This document shows, piece after piece, positions 8,988-18,116 of a DNA stretch of 64,000 nt; position 1 is the stretch's first letter, and the number at the start of each line of letters is the position of its first letter. The stretch is from assembly GCA_963743915.1 (NCBI GenBank), contig CAVURN010000002.1, positions 608,001 to 672,000 of the forward strand. The letters run 5' to 3'. A model generated the notes under the pieces. It was given only the letters and a program-made list of their open reading frames with translations. It was not told where the DNA came from and ran no database searches. The position numbers and the translations under genes were made by a program. This stretch comes from an uncultured Actinomycetota bacterium. GTDB lineage: Bacteria > Actinomycetota > Actinomycetes > JAHEKZ01.

Positions 8988-10505
8988 CTACGCGGTCGCG
9001 AACAGGCCGGCGTCCTCTGCAGCCTCGAGCGCCGCCTCGTCCTTCGGACGGAACCGGCTCTTGAGCAGGATGACCAGCGAAGCAGCCAGCGCAGTGCCCG
9101 CGACCACCGCCAGGATGTAGGTGGGCCAGCCCTCGACCAGACCGAAGACCCACACCCCGCCGTGCGGTGCTCGCAGTTCGTTGCCGAACAGCATCACCAG
9201 TCCCCCGGTGAGAGCGCTGCCGGCCATGACCGACGGCATGACCCGCAGCGGATCGCCGGCAGCGAAGGGAATCGCACCCTCGGTGATGAAGGACGCACCG
9301 AGGATCCATGCGGCCTTGCCGTTCTCCCGCTCGGCGTGGCTGAACAGCTGCGGTCGTACCGCACTGGCCAGAGCCATCGCCAAGGGCGGGACCATTCCGG
9401 CCGCCATGACCGTCGCCATCACCTGCAAAGCCACGGCGTCCTGCGCCGCGATCGCCTCGGCTGTGAGACCGGTGACGGCGAACGTGTAGGCCACCTTGTT
9501 GATGGGTCCGCCCATGTCGACCGCCATCATCAGACCGAGGATCACGCCGAGCAGCACAGCGCTCGTGCCGGACAGCGAGTTCAGCCAGTCGGTCAGCTCG
9601 TTGAACACCCAGGCCAGGGGCCGACCGATGACGATGAGCATGAGCGCGCCGTTGACCAGCGTGGCGATCAACGGGATGACGACGACCGGCATGACACCTC
9701 TGACTGCCGTCGGCACCTTCAGCCGTGAGATGGCGAGTGCGAGGAGCCCACCGGTGATTCCTCCGACGAGGGCACCGAGGAAGCCGGCGCCCATGATGCC
9801 GGCCGCCCATCCGGCGATGAAGCCGGGCGCAAGACCGGGGCGGTCGGCGATCGCGTACGCGATGTAGCCGGCAAGGATGGCGTTGAGGAAGCTGAACATC
9901 CCGGCACCGATGATGAACAGCAGTCCTGCCCAGTCGTACAGGCTGAGCGCGCTGAACTGGTCGATGAAGGCGGGCACGTCCGCGTTGACCTCGACGATCC
10001 TGTAGCCCGCGTCGCCTTCGGCGATCCGGGCCAGCATGAAGCTGAGCGCGATGAGAATGCCGCCGGCGGCCACGAACGGGATCAGGTAGCTCACACCGGT
10101 CATCAACCAGCCGCGGACCACGGTGCCCTTGCCCACCTGCCCGCTGGCCCTGGCGACCGGCGCCGCCGCTGCGGCGACGTGGGGATCGACGGCCGGCGCA
10201 GACGCTGCCGCTTCTTCCGCGTCCGCGATGACGTCGGCGGCGTGGTTGATGGCGTGCTTCACCGAGACGGTGACCGTCGGCTTGCCGGCGAAGCGCTGAC
10301 GGTCGCGCACCTCCACGTCCGCGGCGAAGACGACCACGTCAGCGGCAGCGATGACTGCCGGGTCGAGGGGTACGGCACCGGCCGATCCCTGGGTCTCGAC
10401 CTCGATCTCATGACCGGCGTCACGGCCGGCGCCTTCGAGCGCCTCCGCCGCCATGTAGGTGTGCGCGATGCCCGTGGGGCACGACGTCACGGCAACGATC
10501 TTCAC
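8988..10505 (-). CDS. fruA: Fructose PTS EIIBC
   Basis: CPTGIAHTYMAAE, DMGGPINK, FITEGAIPFA, APHGG. Confidence 0.95.
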   Translation of the reverse strand: MKIVAVTSCPTGIAHTYMAAEALEGAGRDAGHEIEVETQGSAGAVPLDPAVIAAADVVVFAADVEVRDRQRFAGKPTVTVSVKHAINHAADVIADAEEAAASAPAVDPHVAAAAAPVARASGQVGKGTVVRGWLMTGVSYLIPFVAAGGILIALSFMLARIAEGDAGYRIVEVNADVPAFIDQFSALSLYDWAGLLFIIGAGMFSFLNAILAGYIAYAIADRPGLAPGFIAGWAAGIMGAGFLGALVGGITGGLLALAISRLKVPTAVRGVMPVVVIPLIATLVNGALMLIVIGRPLAWVFNELTDWLNSLSGTSAVLLGVILGLMMAVDMGGPINKVAYTFAVTGLTAEAIAAQDAVALQVMATVMAAGMVPPLAMALASAVRPQLFSHAERENGKAAWILGASFITEGAIPFAAGDPLRVMPSVMAGSALTGGLVMLFGNELRAPHGGVWVFGLVEGWPTYILAVVAGTALAASLVILLKSRFRPKDEAALEAAEDAGLFATA

Positions 10506-10954
10506 GACACGACCACCTCTCGTTCGAACAGGTCGACGACGTCCTGTGCGTCGCCCGCCTGCAGGAGCGCGTCCTTGAAGGACGCATGGACCAACCGGCG
10601 AGCGAGCGCTGCCAGGACTTTCAGGTGCGCGTCGCCGCCTCCGGCGGGCGCCGCGATCAGGAAGATCAGATGGGCCGGACCGTCGGCCGCGCCGTAGTCG
10701 ACGCCAGACGTCGACCGGCCGAACGCCACCGTCGGCTCGGTGACCGCGTCGGACCGCGCGTGCGGGATGCCGATGCCGCCTTCGAGGCCGGTCGGCATCT
10801 GTTGCTCGCGTGCGCGGACATCAGCGAGGAAGACGTCCAGGTCCGTCACTCGGCCCTGTGCCTGCATGAGCTCGGCGAGACGGGCGGTGGCGGCGTCCTT
10901 GTCGCCGGCCTCGAGGGCCAGGTCGACGAGCGACGTCGAGATCAGACTGGTCAT
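10502..10954 (-). CDS. Fructose PTS EIIA
   Basis: RE..MPTG..GGIGIPHAR, HLKVLAALAR. Confidence 0.93.
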   Translation of the reverse strand: MTSLISTSLVDLALEAGDKDAATARLAELMQAQGRVTDLDVFLADVRAREQQMPTGLEGGIGIPHARSDAVTEPTVAFGRSTSGVDYGAADGPAHLIFLIAAPAGGGDAHLKVLAALARRLVHASFKDALLQAGDAQDVVDLFEREVVVS

Positions 10955-11901
10955 GCGAGCTCCTTGGTGAGGGCGGCCGGGGACGTGGTCAGGTCGACCA
11001 CCCGGACGGCGGAGGTGTCGATGAGATCCGGGTCGGGAACCCCGGTTCCGGATGTGGCGACCGCTGCGGTGGCCCACGCCACTCCCGTACGCAGCGCCTG
11101 CAGCGGACCGCGTCCGACGGCCTGGAGGTAGCCCGCCAGAAGTGCGTCGCCTGCGCCCACCGTGTTGCGCACCTCCGCCACCGGCGCAGCTGCGTGGACG
11201 CGCGAGGTGTCGTCGACCAGCACGGCTCCGTCGGCACCGAGGCTGCACAGGACGCGTCCGGCACCACGTTCCCGCAGGACGTCGCAGGCCTCCACCACTC
11301 CCCCGACCGACGTCACCGGGCGCCCGACGGCCTCCGCAAGCTCGTCACGGTTGGGTTTGACGAGGTCGGGCTGGTGCCGAAGCCCGGCGGTCAGGGCCGG
11401 ACCACTGGTGTCGAGAGCGACGAGAGCGCCGGACGCGTGCGCGCGCTCGATGAGCATCGCGACGACCACAGGCCCGGCACCCGGAGGCAGGCTTCCCCCG
11501 ATGACGACCCAGTCACCGGACTGCACGCGGCGCTCGACGGCCTCGAGCACGGCGTCGATCTCCTCGGCGGAGAGGAGGGGGCCGGGTTCGTTGAGCTTGG
11601 TGGTGGTTCCGTCCGGCTCGGCAACGGTGATGTTCGCGCGAGTCGCTCCGCCGATGCTGACGGGCTCGACATCGACACCGGCATCGGCGAGCTGGGCCAC
11701 CAGCGCCTTGCCGATCGAACCTCCCACCGGCAGGACCGCCAGCGCCTCACCGCCGTGTGCGACGAGTGCGCGGGCGACATTGACGCCCTTGCCGCCGGGG
11801 TCGTCACGTGTGGCGTCCGCGCGGAGCACAGCCCCGCGGACGAGCTCGTGCACCAGAAGGGTGCGGTCGAGGCTGGGGTTGAGCGTGACGGTGACAATCA
11901 T
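10951..11901 (-). CDS. fruK: 1-phosphofructokinase (PfkB family)
   Basis: MIVTVTLNPSLD, GGKGVNVA, KPNRDEL, NTVGAGD. Confidence 0.95.
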   Translation of the reverse strand: MIVTVTLNPSLDRTLLVHELVRGAVLRADATRDDPGGKGVNVARALVAHGGEALAVLPVGGSIGKALVAQLADAGVDVEPVSIGGATRANITVAEPDGTTTKLNEPGPLLSAEEIDAVLEAVERRVQSGDWVVIGGSLPPGAGPVVVAMLIERAHASGALVALDTSGPALTAGLRHQPDLVKPNRDELAEAVGRPVTSVGGVVEACDVLRERGAGRVLCSLGADGAVLVDDTSRVHAAAPVAEVRNTVGAGDALLAGYLQAVGRGPLQALRTGVAWATAAVATSGTGVPDPDLIDTSAVRVVDLTTSPAALTKELA

Positions 11902-12659
11902 GCGCACACCACCCGGGGCCCAACAGCCTCGATCTCGGCGACGACCGCCGCATCGAGCCCGGTGTCGGTGATGACAGTGTCGACGTCGGCGAGCGATCCG
12001 AAACGGGCGAAGTGGTCGGCACCGAACTTGGTGTGGTCGGCCAGCACGACCGCCCGGCGCGCCGAATGGATGAGTGCGCTCTTCACCGCGGCTTCGGAGC
12101 GGTCGGGCGTCGTCAGCCCTCGTGCGGCGGAGACGCCGTTGGCGCCGACGAACGCGACGTCGACGAAGAGGCCACGCAGGAACTGCTGGGCCGCCTCGTC
12201 CACGGTGGCGAGGGTCCGCTGGCGCACGCGACCGCCTACCAGGTGGAGCGTGATGTTCGGGGCGATGGCCAGACGCATCGCGTGCGGGAGGCTGTTGGTG
12301 ACGACGGTGATCTCGCGGTCGACCGGCAGCAGCTCGACCAGGCGCATCGTCGTGGTGCCGGCGTCGATCGCGATGGTCCCGTCGTCGGGCAGCTCGGCCA
12401 GCGCAGCCTTGGCGATGCGCTCCTTCTCGGCGACCAGGACGCCCTCACGGACCGCCACCGCAGGCTCGACCCCGAGCCGCTCGACGGGGATGGCGCCACC
12501 GTGGACGCGTCGCACGAGCCCCTGGCGCTCCAGGACGGTGAGGTCGCGGCGCACCGTCTCAGCCGTGACCCCGAGCTCGTCGGCGGCGCGAGAGACGTCC
12601 ACGCGACCGTCTCGACGGGCCGTGCTGAGGATCAGCTGTTGGCGCTCGGCGGGGTACAT
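11898..12659 (-). CDS. fruR: DeoR/GlpR family regulator of the fructose operon
   Basis: ETVRRDL HTH, RVHGGA, DAGTT, DHTKFG. Confidence 0.92.
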   Translation of the reverse strand: MYPAERQQLILSTARRDGRVDVSRAADELGVTAETVRRDLTVLERQGLVRRVHGGAIPVERLGVEPAVAVREGVLVAEKERIAKAALAELPDDGTIAIDAGTTTMRLVELLPVDREITVVTNSLPHAMRLAIAPNITLHLVGGRVRQRTLATVDEAAQQFLRGLFVDVAFVGANGVSAARGLTTPDRSEAAVKSALIHSARRAVVLADHTKFGADHFARFGSLADVDTVITDTGLDAAVVAEIEAVGPRVVCA

Positions 12660-12720
12660 GCGGATCATCGAAGACCCTAACCAAACAGATGTCAATAGAT
12701 TCGGACAGAATCCCACACAA
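12660..12720 (-). promoter_or_regulatory. Putative fru operon promoter/operator, probably leaderless
   Basis: TTGACA at 12695-12690 about 30 nt before the ATG; no RBS; TCGGACA (SugR/FruR-like core) at 12701-12707. Confidence 0.45.
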
Positions 12721-12845
12721 AACTTCCCGAAACTCACACTGTGACGCCTTGTCTTACCCATGGGTCGGACGTAGGACTGCCCCTATCGGCTCGGCGCGCA
12801 CCAGGGTCGTCCTGAGCAGCAGCCGCCGGGCGGAGAGGCAACGCC

Positions 12846-13130
12846 ATGTACGGAACGGTGATGATCGCGCGTCCGGCAGTCTCCATCGACGAGCTCCGCG
12901 CACGCTTGGAGAAGTGGGAGGCGAACCGCTCTCGCCCGATCGGTTACGTCGACCAGTGGGTGATGGCCGCCGATGACGACCGCGTGGTGATGGCAGTTCG
13001 CTTCGAGTCGAAGGAGAAGTACCTCGCCCTCGCTGACGACCCCGCCCAGGACGAGTGGTGGAGCACCGAGATGGCGCCGCTCCTCTCCGGCGACCCGGAG
13101 TGGATCGACGGGGAGTGGATCAAGGTCTAG
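12846..13130 (+). CDS. Small ABM/dimeric alpha-beta barrel-like protein
   Basis: 94-aa ORF with GAGAGG RBS; VRFESKEKY..D.W...M pattern. Confidence 0.7.
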   Translation: MYGTVMIARPAVSIDELRARLEKWEANRSRPIGYVDQWVMAADDDRVVMAVRFESKEKYLALADDPAQDEWWSTEMAPLLSGDPEWIDGEWIKV

Positions 13131-13990
13131 GGAGTCTGCGGGGAGCGGTGGCCGATCCAGAGGGTGAAGCGGGTCAATGACCGAAAGCCCATCGACCGGT
13201 AGACCGGCTGACCGTCGTCGGAGGCGATGAGCACGGCTGGCTTGGTGGGGTCTGCGTTCGCCGCGGCCTGGGTGACGGCACGCCCGAATCCGCGCCCGCG
13301 ATACTCCGGTCGGCAGGTCACCAGCGTGACGTCGACGATCTGGTCGGTGACGAAGGATGCTGCCGTGGCCACTGGCACGCCGTCGCAGTAGCCGACGAAC
13401 ACGTGCCAGGCGGGATGGTCGAGCAGGGTCGGTCCGACGAAGACGCCGCGACGCCACGGAAGCAGGTCGGGGACCGGGTACGCCTCAAGCAGCACCTGTT
13501 CGAAATGGTCGAGCTGCTCGAGGGTCTGTGCCTGCAGCACCCGCAGGTCTTGCGGAACGGGGCGTCCGGCGTCCGCAAGGTGGGGCAATCGCGCCATGCA
13601 CGGCGGATGGCCGACCGGGTCGAGACCCATGCCCCGCAGGTCCGGCGTGGGGAAGAGGCTGTAGACGAGGTACGGCCCGCCCTGGCGTGCCGAAAAGGCC
13701 TCCGTCTGGCGGCGGATGAGAGAAGCAGCGCCTTCGGCGTCGACGGGACGGCTCCAGATCACCGGGTTGCCGAAGACGCTGGCCGATCCGGCGTCCACCC
13801 AGGTGGCGCCTGCGGCCTGGTCGCCCCCGACCGTGGCGCCGACTGTTGCGCCCCACGAGGTCCACAGCTGACGCTCGGCACGTCCGAAGTCGAGCAGCAG
13901 GTTGTCACCGTCCGGCGTCTGTGCGTCGTACCCCGGGTCGAGGTACTCCCCCTCGGTGGCCGCGAGCGATGCGGCGTCGAGCTCGGCCAT
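13127..13990 (-). CDS. GNAT family N-acetyltransferase
   Basis: VTCRPEYRGRGFG acetyl-CoA motif; GQPVYRSMGF. Confidence 0.88.
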   Translation of the reverse strand: MAELDAASLAATEGEYLDPGYDAQTPDGDNLLLDFGRAERQLWTSWGATVGATVGGDQAAGATWVDAGSASVFGNPVIWSRPVDAEGAASLIRRQTEAFSARQGGPYLVYSLFPTPDLRGMGLDPVGHPPCMARLPHLADAGRPVPQDLRVLQAQTLEQLDHFEQVLLEAYPVPDLLPWRRGVFVGPTLLDHPAWHVFVGYCDGVPVATAASFVTDQIVDVTLVTCRPEYRGRGFGRAVTQAAANADPTKPAVLIASDDGQPVYRSMGFRSLTRFTLWIGHRSPQTP

Positions 13991-13991
13991 C

Positions 13992-14327
13992 TCAGTGGGT
14001 CACCGCGTCGTTCCCCATCTGGACCAGAACGATGCCGACCATGACCACTGCGAGCCCGATTGCGGTCATGACGGAGATCTTGTCGCCGAAGATCCACATT
14101 CCGATCACGGTGACCAGCGCGATCCCGAACGCGGACCAGATCGCGTAGACAACACCCTGCGGGATGCCGGTCTTGAGGACGAGCGACAGGAGGTAGAACG
14201 AGATGCCGTATCCGATGACCACCGCGATCGAGGGAAGCAGCTTCGAGAACCCGTCCGTGGCACGCAGGAAGGCCGTGCCCACGACCTCGAACGCAATCGC
14301 CAGCGCGAGGAGCAACCACGTCGGCAT
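13992..14327 (-). CDS. SMR family efflux transporter (Qac/EmrE-like)
   Basis: AIAFEVVGT..L..DGFSK, YAIWS; four TM helices. Confidence 0.9.
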   Translation of the reverse strand: MPTWLLLALAIAFEVVGTAFLRATDGFSKLLPSIAVVIGYGISFYLLSLVLKTGIPQGVVYAIWSAFGIALVTVIGMWIFGDKISVMTAIGLAVVMVGIVLVQMGNDAVTH

Positions 14328-14465
14328 GAGATCCGTCCTTGTCGAGAAGTTGGGGACAAGTCGCGCCAGCCTACCTACCCGGGCGTAGCTCCTTGGTGCC
14401 CTGTGAGTGCTGACGGGCAAAGAGTAGGAAGGCACTCTCAGGCCCGTCCCTTGGAGGCACCCGAG

Positions 14466-14792
14466 ATGCCCAGTGCCTGGACAGCGAGTGTGTCGTCGCG
14501 CCGACTTCCTGTTCCGCGCTCACGGGGCCTGATCGCACTGACTGCCGACGTCTGGAGGGCGGGGCGTTCGCGTTTCCTCGTCAACCTCGTCGGATGGCCG
14601 CTCGGTGTCGCCCTGGGTGTCTGGCTGCTGTTGGCGTACGAAGGAGTCGCTGGTGTTGGGCTGATGGTGGTCCTCGGACTGGTCACCGAGTGGGCCTACC
14701 GCGTCGACGAGGGTTCCGGGGAGCTGCGATGGTGGCAAGAGGTGCTTCTCTGGATCGACGACGCCGATGACGGCGATGGCTCGGACGACTGA
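14466..14792 (+). CDS. Hypothetical membrane protein
   Basis: GGAGG upstream; two hydrophobic segments; start uncertain. Confidence 0.45.
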   Translation: MPSAWTASVSSRRLPVPRSRGLIALTADVWRAGRSRFLVNLVGWPLGVALGVWLLLAYEGVAGVGLMVVLGLVTEWAYRVDEGSGELRWWQEVLLWIDDADDGDGSDD

Positions 14793-14859
14793 CCCGCAAA
14801 CTCACATCAAGATCACCGGACTGCCGGACACGGCCCACGACGAAGGGCATCCTGTGGGC

Positions 14860-15237
14860 ATGACCGCGCCCACCGCCGCACCGGAGAGCGACGCCGCGCC
14901 GCGGCGGACACGTACAGCCAGACGAGTCGCGATGGTTGCCGCAACCCTCATCGTGCTGCTCGCGCTCGGTCTCATCGCGGGATACGGCTGGTGGCGCTAC
15001 GAGAAGGTGTATGCCTACGACGACTATCTGCGGGGCTACGCGCTCGGGGAGCACTGGCACGCGACGGATCGCAAGGGCAATTGCGAGACCGAGGCGCGAC
15101 GCCTGTATCCGAGCACGAGGGCACATCCCTTCCCACGCGGCCTCAACGCCTTCCGGGCCGGCTGCGCAGACGGACTTGCGGGCGTCCCAGCATCAGGTTG
15201 GACCTTGCACGACCGCCTGGCAGTGATGGCCGACTAG
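14860..15237 (+). CDS. Hypothetical membrane-anchored protein with a Cys pair
   Basis: One TM helix then GNCE...AFRAGCADG; start uncertain. Confidence 0.6.
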   Translation: MTAPTAAPESDAAPRRTRTARRVAMVAATLIVLLALGLIAGYGWWRYEKVYAYDDYLRGYALGEHWHATDRKGNCETEARRLYPSTRAHPFPRGLNAFRAGCADGLAGVPASGWTLHDRLAVMAD

Positions 15238-15249
15238 GCCTGTTGCCGT

Positions 15250-15717
15250 ATGGTGGCCGCGCACCGCTCGCACGCAGCAGGCCACATGCCTCCGCCCAGG
15301 CCGAAAACGCTTCCGAAGACTCTCGCAGCGGTCGCACTGACGACGGCGCTCATCAGCGGATGCAGCCTCTTCAACCGTGACGCGGCAGCCACCTGGGACC
15401 TGGCACCAGACCAGTCGCTTGACGCCGAGACCACCACCTTCACCGCGCTAGTCACGCGCCTCGACTGCAACAGCGGGATCACCGGCGAGGTGAACGAGCC
15501 CGAAATCGAGTTCACCGACAGCGAGGTGGTCATCACCTTCACCGTCAGCCCCCGCACACGCGGCGATGGGGATTGCCAGGGCAACGACCAGATTCGTCAT
15601 GAAGTCGATCTGCCGCAGGCGCTTGGGGATCGGGCGCTCGTCGACGGCCAATGCGCGGCTTCGGAGGCGGACGGCACCGAGCCATGCCGTCCCGACGGCG
15701 TCCGCTACACCCCGTAA
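15250..15717 (+). CDS. Hypothetical lipoprotein
   Basis: Lipobox LISGC; CNSG, CQGN, LGDRALVDG. Confidence 0.75.
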   Translation: MVAAHRSHAAGHMPPPRPKTLPKTLAAVALTTALISGCSLFNRDAAATWDLAPDQSLDAETTTFTALVTRLDCNSGITGEVNEPEIEFTDSEVVITFTVSPRTRGDGDCQGNDQIRHEVDLPQALGDRALVDGQCAASEADGTEPCRPDGVRYTP

Positions 15718-15740
15718 GACTGCCTTGAAGGGAACTTCGA

Positions 15741-15816
15741 TGGTGGGCGCAGACGGACTTGAACCGCCGACCGCCGGTTTGTAAGACCGGAGCTCTACCA
15801 GCTGAGCTATACGCCC
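15741..15816 (-). tRNA. tRNA-Val (TAC)
   Basis: GGGCGTATAGCTCAGCTGGTAGAGC..CCGGT-CTTACAA-ACCGG..GGTTCAAGTCC..GCGCCCACCA; 76 nt with CCA. Confidence 0.97.
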
Positions 15817-15843
15817 GGGAAGCCGCCGAGCCTAGCTTCGGCG

Positions 15844-16307
15844 TCAGCCAGGGACGCGAGGACCTTCTCGTACTCGTCGGGGTCTCGAGCATCGGGAATC
15901 GCGTTGACCACGGTGTACCGGACGACACCCTGCTTGTCGATGATGAACGTCCCACGCAACGGCGCTCCCGCGCCTCTCGTTGAAGACACCGTAGGCACGA
16001 GAGACCTCACCGTGCGGCCAGTGGTCGCTCAGCAGGCTGAAGGCGTACCCCTCACGCTCGGCGAAGATGCGGAGCGAGAACTTCGCGTCGCACGAGACCG
16101 CCAGCGTCACGGTCTCGTCGTTGTCGAAGGTGGCGATGCGCTCGTTGAGCTCGCACAGCTCGCCGGTGCACACCCCGGTGAAGGCCCACGGGTAGAAGAC
16201 CAGGACCACGTTGCGTTCCGTCCTCGGAACGACGAGAGCGTGATCGGCTCGCCGTGCTGGTTGGGCAGGGTGAAGTCGGGTGCCGGCTGACCGACGTCGA
16301 CAGGCAT
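15844..16307 (-). CDS. ahpE: Peroxiredoxin AhpE-like; 2-3 frameshifts
   Basis: GQPAPDFTL / FYPWAFTGVCTGELC, LLSDHWPHG / RGTFIIDKQGVVR in three frames; conserved position beside DUF3052-aceE. Confidence 0.88.
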
Positions 16308-16352
16308 GGCGTGACCTTCCGTGCGGGGGTTACTCGGCGAGTCAACCAGGAG

Positions 16353-16388
16353 GGGACCTTCGGCGCACGTCGGCGGGACCTAGGTCCT
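16353..16388. promoter_or_regulatory. Tandem DosR/DevR-like boxes upstream of doxX
   Basis: GGGACCTTCGGCGC (16353) and GGGACCTAGGTCCT (16375), 22 bp apart. Confidence 0.65.
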
Positions 16389-16485
16389 TGATCACTCAAC
16401 CGTCGAAGGAGGACCCTCAGGACAAGAGCTTTTCGCATCTCACGTGAGGAGACGGAGATGACCACCACCCACCACAGCGACCTGA

Positions 16486-17106
16486 GTGTCAGCACCAGTG
16501 AGCGCGGTTGGTACCACGACTTCACCATGGCGGCCGTCCACGAAGTACTGGGCGGCCGCTTCTCGCATCTTCATCGGGTTCGTGTTCCTGTGGGCATTCC
16601 TCGACAAGAACTTCGGGCTCGGCTACACCACCCAGAGCGAGGGAGCCTGGAACTTCGCCACCGGCGACGGAAGCCCGACTTTCGGCTTCCTCACCTTCGG
16701 CACCAACCCGGACGGCCCTTTCGCCGGCTTCTTCCAGAACCTCGGTGAGAGTGCCGGCGTGATGGGCGCAGAGGGCCCGACCCTCTACCCCGGATCCTGG
16801 GTCAACTGGGGCTTCATGCTCGCCCTGCTCGGTGTCGGCGTCGCGCTGATGCTCGGCATCCTCGTCCGCATCAGCTCCATCGGCGGAGCCGTGCTGCTCG
16901 TCCTCATGTACCTGGCCGAGTGGCCGCTCAACGCGGTCGACCCCGAGACCGGATTCAACACCGCGAACAACCCGATCATGGACGACCACATCATCTACGC
17001 GGTCGTGATGATCATGCTGATGCTCTTCACCGCCGAGCGGACCATCGGACTTGGCAAGTGGTGGGAGTCCACCAGCCTGGTCCAGCGCTTCCCCTGGCTC
17101 GCCTGA
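16486..17106 (+). CDS. DoxX family membrane protein; true start may be ATG 16458 plus a frameshift
   Basis: GFVFLWAFLDKNFGLG, GSPTFGFL, NPIMDDHIIY, GLGKWW; strong RBS before 16458. Confidence 0.88.
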   Translation: MSAPVSAVGTTTSPWRPSTKYWAAASRIFIGFVFLWAFLDKNFGLGYTTQSEGAWNFATGDGSPTFGFLTFGTNPDGPFAGFFQNLGESAGVMGAEGPTLYPGSWVNWGFMLALLGVGVALMLGILVRISSIGGAVLLVLMYLAEWPLNAVDPETGFNTANNPIMDDHIIYAVVMIMLMLFTAERTIGLGKWWESTSLVQRFPWLA

Positions 17107-17121
17107 CACCGTCCAACAACG

Positions 17122-17153
17122 CGAGGACCCCGTTCCACGGAGCGGGGTCTTCG
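17122..17153. terminator. Hairpin between convergent doxX and DUF3052
   Basis: CGAGGACCCCGTTCC / GGAGCGGGGTCTTCG. Confidence 0.6.
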
Positions 17154-17184
17154 ACGTGGTGCTGCGGAGCTGCGGAGTGTGGAA

Positions 17185-17613
17185 TCAGCGTCCGAGCTTC
17201 GGAGCCACCAGACGGGTGCCCGCCCACTCCGGGGCGGCGCTCATGCTCTTGGTGGAGGACAACCCCGCCGTGCGGGCCGCCTCACCGATCTCGCTGGGCT
17301 CCACGTGGCCGTCCCGACCGGCCTTCGGGGTGAAGAGCCAGACCACCCCGCCGGACGTGATCGCCGAGAGCGCGTCGACGAGAGCATCCACGAGGTCACC
17401 GTCGTCATCGCGCCACCACAGCACGACGACGTCCGCCACGTCGTCGAACTCATCGCCCACCATGGGCGTGCCGAGGATCGTCTCGATCGCGGTGCGCAGT
17501 GTGGCGTCGCTGTCACCATCGGCCCCGATCTCGAGGACCACCTGTCCACTGGCGAAGCCCATGCGCTCGGCCTGGCCAGCAGACCCTTCGGCCGGCGCGT
17601 CACTCGCGCTCAC
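17185..17613 (-). CDS. DUF3052 family protein
   Basis: WWRDDDGDLVDAL, WLFTPKAGR. Confidence 0.92.
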   Translation of the reverse strand: MSASDAPAEGSAGQAERMGFASGQVVLEIGADGDSDATLRTAIETILGTPMVGDEFDDVADVVVLWWRDDDGDLVDALVDALSAITSGGVVWLFTPKAGRDGHVEPSEIGEAARTAGLSSTKSMSAAPEWAGTRLVAPKLGR

Positions 17614-17747
17614 GCGTACCCCTTCCCGATCGTTCCCGGGCTGTCACCCGAGGTCGTGACCGGTAGTCCATTACAGCGCGCGGCGACACGCAAGCACATC
17701 AGCCCATTTGTGTGGTGCGGCTGAGGGCAGAGAGTGAACCTGAGGGC

Positions 17748-17769
17748 GCCCCGGCAGCCGTGCCGGGGC
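17748..17769 (-). terminator. Hairpin downstream of the DUF1918 gene
   Basis: GCCCCGGCA-GCCG-TGCCGGGGC. Confidence 0.5.
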
Positions 17770-17774
17770 AGCGA

Positions 17775-17972
17775 TCAGGCGGTTTCGGCGTCCACGTGGT
17801 GGACCACGGCGTCTGAACCGGGGAAGACCAGGCCCTCGTGACCGTCGTCGAAGCGGACCAGGAACGGGGGCGTCCCTCCCTCGCCACGCACCTCGAGGAT
17901 CTCCGCGGTGCGGTCGGGCTCACCGACGTGATGGGATTTCAGGATGAGTGTCTCGCCGATCTTGGCGTGCAT
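17775..17972 (-). CDS. DUF1918 family protein
   Basis: MHAKIGE...EVRGEGGTPPFLVRFDDGHEGLVFPGSDA; GGAGG RBS. Confidence 0.9.
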   Translation of the reverse strand: MHAKIGETLILKSHHVGEPDRTAEILEVRGEGGTPPFLVRFDDGHEGLVFPGSDAVVHHVDAETA

Positions 17973-18032
17973 GGCGGCCTCCCTCCGGACTCCGAGTGCC
18001 TCCACCCTGTCAAAGCAGGCCGCCCGGGGGAA

Positions 18033-18046
18033 GGGACCTTCGGCGG
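18033..18046. promoter_or_regulatory. DosR/DevR-like box upstream of the DUF1918 gene
   Basis: GGGACCTTCGGCGG, nearly identical to the 16353 box. Confidence 0.5.
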
Positions 18047-18116
18047 GGAGCAGTCGCGTCCGCGAGCGTAGGCTGGCCGGAGCAGCTGTTCCCGCACGAA
18101 GTGAGGCGATATCAGC

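Noticed and set aside
11151-11161. CTGCGCCCACC matching the tRNA-Val 3' end as a possible att site
   Set aside because: Only 11 bp, inside the conserved NTVGAGD codons of fruK, and inverted relative to the tRNA
14328-14440. Possible guanidine riboswitch upstream of the SMR gene
   Set aside because: No paired ACGR hairpins or other ykkC-type consensus visible, and the protein looks Qac/EmrE-like rather than Gdx-like
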